From assembly GCF_000281045.1 (NCBI RefSeq), contig NW_008246075.1, positions 946,879 to 997,133 of the forward strand: 50,255 bases of DNA. The letters run 5' to 3'. A program made the position numbers and the translations under genes. Each line of letters starts with the position of its first letter. The stretch's first letter is position 1. The notes below the pieces were generated by a model. The model was not told the origin of the DNA. It was given only the letters and a program-made list of their open reading frames with translations, and made no database searches. The stretch comes from Saprolegnia diclina VS20. Taxonomy: Eukaryota. Positions 11,940-23,791 of this stretch are shown here, piece after piece.

Positions 11940-14268
11940 ATGAACGACGCGCTCCTCGACGACATGGAGCGAGCAGAGGCCGAGGGCGAGTACGACCCCC
12001 ATGCTGCGTACCGCCCGCTCCTCGGGCCTGACGCTGCCCCGCTGAAGAACCGGTCGCGCTCGGCCGAAGACGCGGACGCGCTCTGGGCCGAGCTGCACGG
12101 CCAGCCGCCCGCGGCCGAAGCGCCGCCGATCACGCTCAACCTCTTCAAGTTTGGCTCACCGCTGCGCAACAATATTCGCCCGCCGACGTACGAGCCGCTG
12201 GACAGCCCGTCCCTGCGCCGAAAGACGGCGTCGGGCAACGTGGATCTCCGGCGCCACTTGAACATGCCGTCGCTGGCCGCGATCAAGAGCAGCGTCTCAT
12301 CGCGTGGCCGCCATGTGCCCGATGCGCACGGCCATGTCGAGAACGTCGACGCATTCCTCACGGGTCTGTACAACTACTACTACCACGGCGGCGTCGCATG
12401 CTACGTATGCAAGGAGCTCGTCTCGCTCTTCAACATTCTCTTCACCGTCTGCCTCTCGACGTTCCTTCTTGGCTGCCTCGACTGGTCGAGCCTCGCCAAC
12501 TGCAACCAGGATGAGATCGTCGGGTGCAAGCAGCCGCTCTCGGCGTTTGTGACGTTTGACATGCGCCGGTCGCTCTTTGCGACCATTGTGCTCTTCTACT
12601 TTCTGCTCTTCCTCATGTACTGGGTCACGCGGCTCGTGGCGTTCGCCTCCAGCGCACGCGACGCGCTCGACATGCACACGTTCTACACGGAGAAGCTGTG
12701 CATTGACGCTCGCCAAGTGCAGACGATGAAGTGGGACGAGGTGCTCGCCCAAGTGCGTGCACTGCTGCCCTCGCGTAAGGCCGCGACCGCGCCCACGACC
12801 GCGGATGCATACGAGCTGCAGATCGACCCGCAACTGCTCGCGACGCCGCTCGACGCGGCCCGGCGCATCATGCGCAAGGAAAACTACCTCATTGCGTTTC
12901 TCAATTCGCCGCTTCTGCAAGTGTCGTTGCCGCTGCCCGCTTGGCTGCCGACCATGTCGTCGCACGTGCTCTTCTCGCGCAACATGGAGTGGAACCTCCA
13001 CGTGTGCGTGCTTGACCACCTTCTCGACGCGAGCGGCCACCTCGGGCTCCGCGACGCCAAGGCACTGGAGAAGCGGCTCGTGACGGTCGGCGTCATCAAC
13101 CTTGTGCTCACGCCCTTCTTGCTGCTCTTCCGCGTCATCCAGTTCTTCCTTCTCTCGACGCAAGAGTGGTATTTGCACAAGACGTCGTACCTGAGCGCGC
13201 GCCGGTGGAGTCCGCTCGCGATGTGGACCTTTCGCGAGTACAACGAGCTACCGCACGTGTTTGACACGCGCATGGGCCAAGCGTACCCAGCCGCAGAGGC
13301 GTACCTCGCGCTCTTCCCGGCGGGCGTCGTGTCGATCCTCGCGACCGGCGTCTCGTTTTGCGCCGGCTCGATCATGGGCGTCCTCGTCGCACTGAGTGTT
13401 GTTGAAGAGAGCATTTTGCTCGAGGTTGAGCTCGGCCAGCGCCAACTCTTGTGGTACCTCACGGTCGCGACCGGCGTCTTTGCGCTCGCACGGACCTTCC
13501 ACGCGACACCCCGCTTTATGACGGGCGAGAATTGCGAAGACGCAATGGCGCGCCTTGCCGCCGAGACGCACTATTCGCCGCCCGAGTGGAAGGGGTATGT
13601 TGGGTGCTACTTGATACATTGATACGGAGATGGCTGTAGGCACTGCCACACGTACGCGACGCGTGACGCGCTGCTCACGCTCTTCCCGTACAAGGCCGTG
13701 CTCTTCCTCGAAGAGTGCGTATCAGTGCTCTTGACGCCGTACATGCTCTGCCTCGCCTTGCCGCCATTGGCCGACGACATAATTGCATTTTGCCACGACC
13801 ACTCGACGACGCTGCCGGGCGTCGGTGCGGTCTGTCGCTACGCCGAGTTTGACTTTGGTACATATGGCGCTGAGCCCAAGATGGAGAGTTCGTTCCTCAA
13901 CTTCAAGGCCAACCACCCGTCCTGGATGGGCCCGGCCGAAGGCGAGCAGTTGGCCGCCGACCTCACGCGGTTCCGCGGCGAAGAAATGGACAAGTCGCTG
14001 CGCATGGGCGACTCGCTGCTCGAGAGCGCGACGCTGCGCGAGTCGATGTTCCAGCCCATGTCACTCTCGCACCAGCTGCTGCAGTCGCAGGCCATCACCA
14101 TGGCCATGGGCGGTCCGCACTCGAGTGAGTATTACTGGCTCCAAAAGGTAGAGCTCTATTATGCGTGGAAGAAAGAGACCGAGTCTTTTGTGCTAGTACC
14201 ACGAACGCAATGGCCGCCAGCGCGAAGAGACGAAGGAAGAAGAGATGGACGCGAGCCTCAGCATGTAG
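11940..14268 (+). CDS. ATG9: Autophagy-related protein 9 (lipid scramblase)
   Basis: Motifs NVDAFLTGLYNYYYHGG, RIMRKENYLIA, RRWSPLAMWTFREYNELPH, VGAVCRYAEFDF, KMESSFLNFKANHPSW. Introns 13595-13639 and 14148-14196 restore the frame. Confidence 0.93.
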
Positions 14269-16203
14269 GATCCGTCGCCTGTGGGCAGACTGGCGTCATG
14301 GACAACTTGAATATTACGTGAGCTTGCTTTGTTGAGACACTGGCATGTTGCCGACCGATTCCGAGTCTATCGAGTTGCGCTCGAGCCACGAGGATCTCGT
14401 GTGTTTGGTGAGAGCTGTGGAGAGCAGTCGGTGTCCACTTGAGCCCAAGCCTTCGCCACCAGTGTTTGCAGGCTCGTCTCTGTCTTGCAGCACACGGCCT
14501 TGGCCACTGATGGTCCTAGACGTTGAGGTACGAGAGGACCTCTTCGCCGAGCTTGTCGAGGTCGCTGCGCGCCTTGGCCCAGACCTGGGTCGACTCCGCT
14601 TCGGATACGTCGAGCGCTCGCTTCATACCTCTAAATCTTGATTGCGTATGCGTGCTATCCTCGCCGCCTTGGCATGCTCAACGCTCAAACGCTGTTTCCT
14701 ATGACTCAACGCGACTGGAAGGCTACTCATGTGGCGTCGTGAACGGTACGTGGCTTTGGTGTTGCCCAAGTGACGAGCAAGGTGCTAGTAGCAACGCTGA
14801 CGAAGTCTTGGCCCATTCCATCTACCTCTCCACCCTGCGCAGTAATGCGATCCTAGGACAACAAGACGCCTGCTTTGGTCGGCCGAGGGCCCTTTCTCTT
14901 CTTCACTTGGCCTTGGCGTTGCCAAGGTTGGCTCTGTCGCGACGGGTGGTCTGTATGTAGCCTGTGCTGGTGACTCTGCCTTGTGCATACTTGGTGTCGC
15001 ACATGACACGCGCTTGAGTCTCAAAGAAAGAGAATCTCAGCGTCCGCTTCCATCAAAGGGAGCAACGGCACACAACGTGGACAAGGTGGGGACATGGGAC
15101 GAGGCCTCCGGTACCGTAATCTCCTAATGCGACGCTGGGTCGTGCTCGTCCAGGCGCGCTGCGGTCGCGTCTCTGAGGTACTACTAGCGCCAAGCACATG
15201 AGTACGACGACATTATTACTTGCCATCCCAAGCGGTATCCCGCGCTCCAATATTGGAAATCTTGGCGCCCGCGGCTTTTTTGTCGGGCGCTTGGTCATAC
15301 GATTGGAGCATAGAAGGTGTATTAGCCGTAGACAGAAAGCGACACGCGAGCATCGACGCGGGGATCTGAGTCGCATGTCTCGTCCAATATCATGGTCCAA
15401 TATTGCGTCCAGTGAGTGCAACTGCCCGCCTGCGTAATCGCTCACATAGCCGTCCATCCATCGGTACCGTTCAGCAGCACAGAAGGCGCTCACGAGACAC
15501 GACTGGGATTAGGAGACCGGCTTTGCGAACGTAATTTGGCTTGTCGTCCGAGCTCGGTACAAACCGGCGCCGAAAATTACCGGACCGTGCACTGGTGGCT
15601 TCTTCAATGGACGTTCTGGCGTCTCGCGGATCCAAGAAGCCTCGAGAATCCACGAACAACGGTGCATGATCAAACAAGAGACGATGCATCCGACGCGCAC
15701 CTGCGCTGCTTCGTAGAGCTACATGAAGGAATATCTCGATGCACTCTAAACTTTGACTTTGTCCAGCGGGCTGCGCCGGCGCAAACTACATTTGCCGAAG
15801 AGCGAAGATCGCAAGAAAGGACGACACAAACTGCGTTTCATTGGCTATCACCCAAGATGATTTTGGCCAATCCACGTCTTGTTCCGCTCTTGCCCGTTGG
15901 ACTTGGTGGTGATTCGCACGATTACGGGTCGTTGGCGCTCACGTCGACTCGGAAGATGATTAGGTGGGCGTCCAACTCGGAAATAAATTTTTGAAGTGCG
16001 GTCCTGCGTCAGGTCCTGCGTGCTGGGATTGCGTTCCGGCAGCTGCGTTCCGGCCTTGGCTGCGGCTGCCAAAGACCGTCCCTTCGCCACGTCGCCACAT
16101 ACATTTTCCGCTCGCGAAGGAATCTAGCATCCTTCCCTCACCTTGCATGAACGGGTCATGCTGGGTGCGGCCCGATCAGAAGCACACGCCCGCGTCCAAG
16201 TTG

Positions 16204-16219
16204 TTCTGATTGGCTGAAA
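16204..16219 (+). promoter_or_regulatory. Extended oomycete CCAAT box (TTCTGATTGGCTGAAA)
   Basis: Matches the TYTGATTGGCTRARA-type oomycete consensus. A second AGCCAATCA lies at ~16241. Similar boxes occur at ~1835, ~8997 and ~48970. Confidence 0.55.
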
Positions 16220-16614
16220 CCAGCTGCAGCGCTAAGAAAGAGCCAATCATCAACGCGATAATTCATACAGCGTCCGCCACATGGCTCGCAACGAGGAGCT
16301 TGCACTGGCGGACTGCTGTATGTCTCTGGGCTACTCAAATTGTACATACCGGTACCGGGAGTCGTCGTCCTACGATCTGGCGCCGAGTACACGGCGCTGG
16401 GACCCACGCATGGCCCGCGTCTTTGGCGACGAGACCGGCTCCTCGATCGTTTATGTCGCCGTCACCGCGTGTCGCAGGCGCCTAGCGTGCATGTCCCACG
16501 CTGGTAGCTTCGAACTTCGATGTAATCCCCCGAGCACCAATCCAACGGCCGTTGGATCGAAGTTGCCGTGGCAAAGGCTGGTTGAACCTTCCAAAGCAGC
16601 GCGCAATCTGGGCA

Positions 16615-16631
16615 CCATTCCCCAAATTTGC
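16615..16631 (+). promoter_or_regulatory. Oomycete Inr+FPR core promoter (CCATTCCCCAAATTTGC)
   Basis: Fits the YCAYTY..AWTTTNC consensus and lies 16 nt upstream of the PX gene ATG. Confidence 0.6.
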
Positions 16632-16646
16632 TTGTACGAAGAAAGC

Positions 16647-17270
16647 ATGGCCGTCTTTGTCGAAAGCATTAGCCCGATCCAAGCCAAGGTCGTCGCCGTC
16701 GGCGTCCTTCACAGCGTCACTGTCTACGTCATTCGCGTGCACCACGGCGACGACGTCTGGTACATTGCGCGCCGCTACTCGGAGTTCCACGAGCTCATGA
16801 AGACGATCCAAGCGGTCTCGGCCACGACTGTGTGCGACGTTTCGACGCACTTTCAGACCTTTGGCATCATCGAATCCTTCCCGAAGAAGAAGCTCTTCAA
16901 CACGCGGTCGCTCGCGCTCTCGCGCCTCGAAGAGCTGCAAGAGTTTCTCAAGACGATCCTCATGGCCACCCAAGGCTTGACGTCCGACGTCGACGAAGCG
17001 TGCTCGATGGCCCACGGCGTGCGCGCGTTCCTTGAAGCGCCGGCGTCGCCGACCACGTCGCCGTCCCACAGCAACAAGCGGGACACGAACGCGCGCATTT
17101 TTGGCCAGCTCAGCGCCATCTACAAGAACGAAGAAGAGCTCGACGAGAGTAACAACGTCGTGCGCCAGAGCCATCTGCGCAGCAAGAGTGCGCGCAGCCT
17201 CCGCGACTCGATCGACGCCACCCGCGACTCGTCCTACTACCGCAGCATGAGCGTCGATCTCCAGGGCTAA
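16647..17270 (+). CDS. PX (phox homology) domain protein
   Basis: VTVYVIRV..WYIARRYSEFHEL..FPKKKLF..RLEELQEFL..VRAFL is the PX pattern. The ATG follows the Inr/FPR. Confidence 0.85.
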   Translation: MAVFVESISPIQAKVVAVGVLHSVTVYVIRVHHGDDVWYIARRYSEFHELMKTIQAVSATTVCDVSTHFQTFGIIESFPKKKLFNTRSLALSRLEELQEFLKTILMATQGLTSDVDEACSMAHGVRAFLEAPASPTTSPSHSNKRDTNARIFGQLSAIYKNEEELDESNNVVRQSHLRSKSARSLRDSIDATRDSSYYRSMSVDLQG

Positions 17271-17792
17271 GTCGCTCTCGCTTCTATCCGTCCTCGTCCT
17301 CCGTGTATTTAAGCTTTAATGTCGACTGCCGTTCCTTTTTAACATACTTTGGCGCGATACCAACTTGCGTGATGTACCCTACGCCCAGTTGGTGCACAAG
17401 CACTGCCGACTATAGGTCAAGGCATTTAGCCCGCCACATGAATCGTTGGCTGATGTTACATCAAGCACGAGCATGGGCGCGGGCAGGAAGGGAGCGGACG
17501 AGTATGATCCCGGTGACTTTCTCGACGAATACTATCGCTGAATTATCGTGGGACTGAATTTGATCAAGTCAGTGTATCCGGACTATCACTTTATCCGGAT
17601 ATCAAAGTGCATGTTGAAGTCACGGAGGACGCATCGCGCCCAGTTGGGCCCGGAGTAATATATGTCGACCAACATGGTATGGCGATTCCATAGTATCGTT
17701 ATGACAAGAGAATGTACAACACCACGAAGAGTTGCTCCTGGACGCCAATATCACTGGCAGTGTAGACACAATGTCCACGAACGCGCGGTCGC

Positions 17793-19809
17793 TTACTCTG
17801 CGCTGGCAGTGCCTTGCTGCCGACCGAGTGACGCGGTGGCGTGGGCAAAGAGAAAGGCGATTTCTTCGCGTTGAGCTTCGAGTACAGCGTTCTTGTCGCG
17901 GATCGCTTGGAGATCGGCGCTCGAGGGCTCATTGGCGCAAGTGCATGCGTGCAAGCAGTCGTCCATACGGCGTCGCAGTCGCTGCGCCGTCGCCTCGAGC
18001 TGCTTGAGCTTGTCGACGATTGGGTCGCCGACGCTTTGCGCAAGCAAGTGGTGCTCTTCGTTGGCGTTGCCAAACGGCTCGAGCGACTGCCAAAACTTGA
18101 AGCGGCGTGCATTTTCCTACGTCCCAGACAACTTGTCCACAATCGGTTGCACACATTCCCTACCTCGGACGCGGCATTACTATGGCGCACGCGCTTCCAG
18201 CGCCACCACGACCAGACCGCTTTGGCCGAGATCGTCTGCAGCCGCTGTTGCGCGAGGAGCTGCTGAATGTACCGCGCCACGAGCCGGCCTTTCTCGTTCA
18301 ACCCAAAGTTGTGCAGAATCGCGACCACGACCATAGTCTCGAGCGCAATACCCTAGAGTCACTCCCAGCATAATTTTTGTTTCAAAATGCGCGAATCGAT
18401 TGATTGCCTACCAGGACGAGCATGATGGACGTGACAAAGTAACCATTTCCAGAGATCGGGTCCGTGCCGGGGAGCCCCTATCACCATGGATCATGACACA
18501 GTATGTCATCGACTAGTTACGTGGGTCGTCAGCGTACAAAAGCTAAACCAAATCGCATTGGGAAATGAAAAGGCCTCTGGTTGATACACGCGTTCAAACA
18601 CATGCACCGACGTCGAGAGCGTCGCGAGCACAAAGAGGTAAAACGCGAGGATAAACTGCAGCGGCGCCTTGCCAAAGTCGAGTTTGACCGATAAAAACCA
18701 GTTGAACGTCGGGCTCGTCGAGGTTAAAAAGCAATTCTACGCAGGATGTCGGTCCAACGAGTCGCGAAATGCGCTGTGCAATACCTCGAGGATCAGCTGG
18801 CGCTTGCGGTAGACGGTCGAGTGGTCGCGGTACACGCGCGCGAGCAAGTAGAGCCGAAAAAACATTAGACACGACGCCGACTGGTACAAATACGCGTCGG
18901 CCCACGGCGGCTACACCACGGAAGAATTTTGCACACTCCGAATATTGACGTAGAGTCGTACGGGGTGGATAAGGACAAGCCCCACTTCGAGGCTTCCGCG
19001 CCAGAGCAGCCCCGTATCAAAGAGGCACCGACGAAGGGCGCTCGACGCTGCCTGAACAACCGACAACGTCGGCGCCGAATCGACCATTTTCTCGTGCGGC
19101 GGATGCGTCGCCCGGACGCCCTCGACGAACTTTGCTTCCCAGCGGTACTGCTCGGCGTAGAAGAGCCGGTAGAGGTCGATCAGCTGCAGCACGAGGAGAC
19201 AGCTCGAGATGGAAATGACGGCCTTGATGATATTGGACGCGGTTGGCACCGTCAGTGGCACCCTAATAGCACCCGTAATAATGACAGTTCACTTGTACGC
19301 AGCACCGACATGCCAAGGTCGGGGTCGACGACGCGACTCGAGTAGGACCATGTCACGACCAATTCAGCGAGCGACAGGGCGAGGCCAAAGAGCCCATTGA
19401 GCAGGATCTATCATAGCCTCGAGCGTGGGCACCTTCCGAAAAGACACCAACATGGAGGTTTTTGCGGCGGTAAATCGGGTCCAGCGCCACGTGGCCGATG
19501 CGCGCTTCAATGTCGCTGATGCGGACGCTGCCAATGCTGTGGCCGGCGGCCCGCGCCTGCTCGTTGGCCTTGCGAACAATCGCATCCAGCTGCAGTTGCT
19601 GGACAAAGTCGCCTGCGATACGCCGAAGGGCGGCGGGGCTCGTCGCGATCGCCCGCCGACGCACCGCCTCGTCCGCCTACCACACATTTCGTCGAGTGAC
19701 AGTGGTCCGAGCGAACCTCGGTGGTGCCATGATCGTTGGACGACGTCGACACACTCGACTCGCGAGAGACACCGTCCGCGCCGAATGGGCTCACCGGGTC
19801 TTCAGCCAT
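17793..19809 (-). CDS. SK/KCNN-like 6-TM cation channel paralogue 1, non-canonical filter
   Basis: Multi-exon reconstruction: S1 ILLNGLFGLALSLAEL, S2 IIKAVISISSCLL, S3 LEVGLVLIHP, S4 MFFRLYLLARV, S5 ..VHVFER, pore NAIWFSFCTLTTH|GLPGTDP, S6 MVVVAIL, then a CaM-binding-like helix and coiled coil. The 5' exon is less certain. Confidence 0.78.
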
Positions 19810-20006
19810 CCGTACTGTGTAACCGAGTGAATAACGGGTCGAAAAGCAGAACCATTGCGGGCTATGAACTCGAGACATCGGTTGGACACGTAGCACCACT
19901 GCTCTTTACTGCAAGAAGCAACACGGGCCCATACAGAGATCAACCCTGGCGAGTGGCGACCGCGTGGGATTGGGTGCTCGAGGTTCTTTTACGCGGCTGG
20001 AGTGGT

Positions 20007-20061
20007 TCCGTTGCCAGATGTGGTAGGCTCGGTGCCAGATGTGGTAGGCTCCGTTGCCAGA
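20007..20061 (+). repeat. Short tandem repeat, ~21-22 nt unit (TGCCAGATGTGGTAGGCTC) x ~2.5
   Basis: Read directly from the sequence in the divergent intergenic region. Confidence 0.8.
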
Positions 20062-20269
20062 CGCACTTGCAGTCGACGGTGACGTCATTGAACCCCAGGA
20101 CCTATGCTATCTCTATCACATACTGCAATACTCTAGTACGTGTTGTTCTTGGGCAGACGTCGGAGTGACTTTGCCAAGTTGGTTGCTTCGATCCGCACCC
20201 AGGGCGGGCCAATCACCGTCGAGGTCGGACTGTCTTTTGGCCAAGCTGGCGACGTCATTTTCGATTGTG

Positions 20270-21765
20270 ATGGCGTCCGCCAAGCTCGTCGCCGTCATTG
20301 GCAGTGGCGCGGTGGGCCTCGCCGTCGCTCGGTCTGCGGCGCGTCGCGGCTTGCAGGTTATCGTCCTCGAGCAGCACGCCGGTAGCCTCCAAAGCGAATG
20401 CTGCGCCCGCTCATGCACCTCTGTCCTAGCCATTGGCATGGAGTGTTCGTCGCGCAACAGCGAGGTGATCCACGCGGGCTTGTACTATGCGCCGCAGAGC
20501 CAGAAGGCGGCGCTTTGCGTGCAAGGCAGACAGCTCATGTACGACTTTTGCCGCGACTTTCACGTGCCATTTCAGCGCTGCGGCAAGCTCGTCGTGGCGT
20601 CGTCGGCCGACCAAGTAGGTTCTACAGCCATGCGCCGTCGATTGCGATCTTGCTTGTTAGATGCAGCAGCTCCACGCGCTTCGGGCCAAAGCGAACGCGA
20701 ACGGCGTCACAGACGTCCGCCTGCTCTCGGCTTCGGACGTGCATGCGCTCGAGCCCGACGTCGTGGCCCATGGCGTACGCTGAATGACTCGCCAAACGTC
20801 CAACGAGTGTTGCGTAGGCGCTATTGTCGCCGTCGACGGGTATTGTCGACTCGCACGCGTTCATGCTTGCTGTGCAAGGTACACGCTCTGTAGAATATGG
20901 GAATGCCATGGCATGCGTAGGAGACGCGGAGACCCATGGCTGCGACTTTGCACTCAACTGCACGGTTGCTGGTGGGCGCGCCAACGCCGACGGCACGTTT
21001 GACGTGGTGACGCACCCGACCAACGACCCGAGTGCCACCGATGTCATCACGTGCGACGCAGTCGTCAACGCTGCAGGGCTAGGCGCCCCGCGCCTCGCAG
21101 CGCTCTTTGAAGGTTCCGGTTCTTTCTTTCGAGCGACATGGAGTAAGCACTCGAATGGGCAGGCACACGACAGCCATTTGGCATCGCCGAGCCGACAGTG
21201 TTTGCCAAGGGCTCGTACTTTAAGCTCGGCGGCGTTGCCCGCGTGCCATTCCAGTAGACTCGACTCGGAAGACGCACGAGATATCGACATTTTGGACTAG
21301 GCACTTGATCTACCCTGTCCCTGAAAAGGGCGGTCTTGGCGTGCATGCCACGCTCGACCTCGACGGCAACGTCCGGTTCGGCCCTGACGTCGAGTGGGTT
21401 TCCGCCATCGACTACCAGGTGACGCGTGCTGTCTCCAACATACCAGTGACATTTTTGTCAGGTCAACCCCGACAAGGCGGCGGCATTTGCTGCTCGCATC
21501 CGCGACTATTGGCCAGGCGTCACAGACGCCGAGCTCATTCCAGACTACAGCGGGATTCGCCCCAAGATCGTTGGGCCTGGCGACCCGGACGCCGACTTTT
21601 GCATCCGCGTACGTCGCTAGTTGGTTGTCGTACCGTGCGCGGACGTTGACGCTGTAGGACGGAGCGAAGAAGGGACTCGTGCATCTTCTCGGCATCGAGT
21701 CGCCAGGACTGACGTCGTCGCTCGCGATCGGCGACGCTGTCGCCTTGCGTCTTGCGGCCCTTTAA
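20270..21765 (+). CDS. L2HGDH: L-2-hydroxyglutarate dehydrogenase-like FAD-dependent oxidoreductase
   Basis: Motifs [12 protein letters not shown] (FAD binding), [70 protein letters not shown], spread over multiple short-intron exons. Confidence 0.9.
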
Positions 21766-21843
21766 CAATGTACACGCTGTCCTTCTCGGACGCGTGCCAC
21801 GTTGTTGGGTTATATACCATAACGTAGTGCTATTCTTTGGAGC

Positions 21844-23703
21844 TTAGCTACGACTCAACATGTCTTGCAGTGTGCGCAGGATCTCTTCATTTTGCCGCTG
21901 CACGCGCTCTTGGCTGAGCCGAACGCGCACAACGTCAGTGCTCTCGACCGCCGCCGCACTCGGTGCGTCCTCAGCGCTGGGTCGTCGGTCGTCGATCGGG
22001 GGGCTCGGTGAACGAGCAGCGATTGGCACGCGCACGGTCCCGAGACTGCGCGATGTTTGTAGCCGCGGTGCTGGCCTCCATGACGCCTCTCGCTGTGATA
22101 GGTCAAAGCCGTCCGTGTGGAGCTTGGCCCAGATCTGGAGGATCCACGCGTCGAGGCTCTGTAGCTTGTCGAGCACCGGGTCGCCGAGGCCTTGCTCGGT
22201 GAGCTTTTTCTTGTAGCGCGCAATGCGCATGGTGTCGAGCGCGCGCGTGACCTTGAGGAGGTGGCTGCGCCACTCGGCGGCGGTCAAGAGCGTGCGCTGC
22301 GCGCGCTTCCAGCGCAGCCACGTGACGATGAACGAGCCGGCCGCGGCCCGGATCGCGTCGTGGGCTTCGGCGCGATAGACAAACGCAAGCGCAATTTTGC
22401 CTTTTGCATCGAGTGAAATATTGTCCAGAATCGCGACAACCACGAGCGTATTGAGCACGACGCCCTAGCACCAAACGTGGTGAATTGACACTGCAAAATC
22501 CCCAATTCGCAGCGTATACCGCGAGGATGAGAAGACACGTGATGACGCGCGCCGTGTCGGTCGACACAGTGTACTCTTCAAAATCCTAGAGACCGAGCGA
22601 TACCGCGTGTTGATACCAGTCGGAGCACGTACGAGCGTGAGCAAGGCCGTGTACACATACCACGTCGAATTGACAAGCGTAAACGTCTTCGGGTTTGCGT
22701 CGCGCTCGCTAAAGTACGTTGCGAGCCCGAACGCAACGATGCACCAAGTCGTAAAGGCGAGGAGCGCTGCGCCTGGTGCGTGCTGAAACATGATCTGCGT
22801 CGAGAGCCACCAGTTGAAATGCGGCGCCGGCGTCGCTTGAAAGTGTTGCTACAACATTGGTCGGCAGAACAGCGGCGACGAGGCGGATACCTCGACAATG
22901 TCCTTGCGCTTGCGGTACACCATCGAGTGGTCGCGCAAGACGCGGACGACGAGGTAGAAGCGGAGCAGCATAAAGATGGCGCCGGCTTCGAGCACCTTGA
23001 GGCTCGTGTACGGCGGCTACAACAGTTGCGCCGTGCAACGTATACGCTTGCATCGGTACGTACAGGGTGGATCGCCAAAAGTAGCCCTTCGAGAAGCGCG
23101 CGGAGCGTCATCTCGCTCGTCCAGTAGCGCATCTTGAGGCCTTCGCCCCACACGAGCTTCTTCTCGAGCGACAGCATTTGATGGAGGCGCACGAGCTGTC
23201 CGAGCAGAAGTAGCGTCGAGAGCGAGATGATGCCCTTCAGAATTGTGCTGCGGAGCGTCTCCGACACGCTACAAACGGGTGACCGATACCTGCGTAGCGC
23301 CAAGGACGTACGCCTCGTGGGATGCTGGCGGCGGCGCATTGTGCGGGTCGTTCCAAGAGAGCTCGAGCTCGGCGATCGCAAGCGCGAGGCCAAACATCGC
23401 ATTGACCAGCATCTATCGTGCATCGATGATGGCACCCACGACGTCGCGAATGGAATGCAGCTGTACGAAAACGTTGTGCTGGCGAAACGCGCTGTCCATG
23501 CGCCACTCACCGACGCGGCTCTCAAGTGCACGAAAGCGGGAAAAGTTGACGGGCTGCACTTTCTTCTTGAGGCCATGATTGCCGGGTGGTAGACCTCGGG
23601 CCATGGCGGCGATCGACCCGAGCCGGTTCGTGCTCGGCTTGCGCTCGGGCGACGCAAAGAGCTGCGTCGCAAAGCGACTCACGGACCCGACGTCCCGTGC
23701 CAT
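21844..23703 (-). CDS. SK/KCNN-like 6-TM cation channel paralogue 2, acidic non-canonical filter
   Basis: S1 MLVNAMFGLALAIAELEL, S2 ILKGIISLSTLLLL, S3 LEGLLLAIHP, S4 MLLRFYLVVRV, S5 ..ATYFSER, pore STWYVYTALLTL|DFEEYTV, S6 LVVVAIL. The intron positions flanking the 66-nt pore exon are identical to paralogue 1. Confidence 0.78.
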
Positions 23704-23791
23704 GCGGTGGCGGTTGCCAAAATTGGACTCAAGACAACTCCAACCACGATATTGTGCAGTAACCGAAACCCATATCTTTGCATCGACAAAA

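Noticed and set aside
16281..16646. N-terminal extension of the PX ORF
   Set aside because: Non-ATG start, and the Inr/FPR lies just before ATG 16647.
20007..20061. Direct repeats as a CRISPR-like array
   Set aside because: Only ~2.5 adjacent units, no unique spacers, eukaryotic context and no cas genes.
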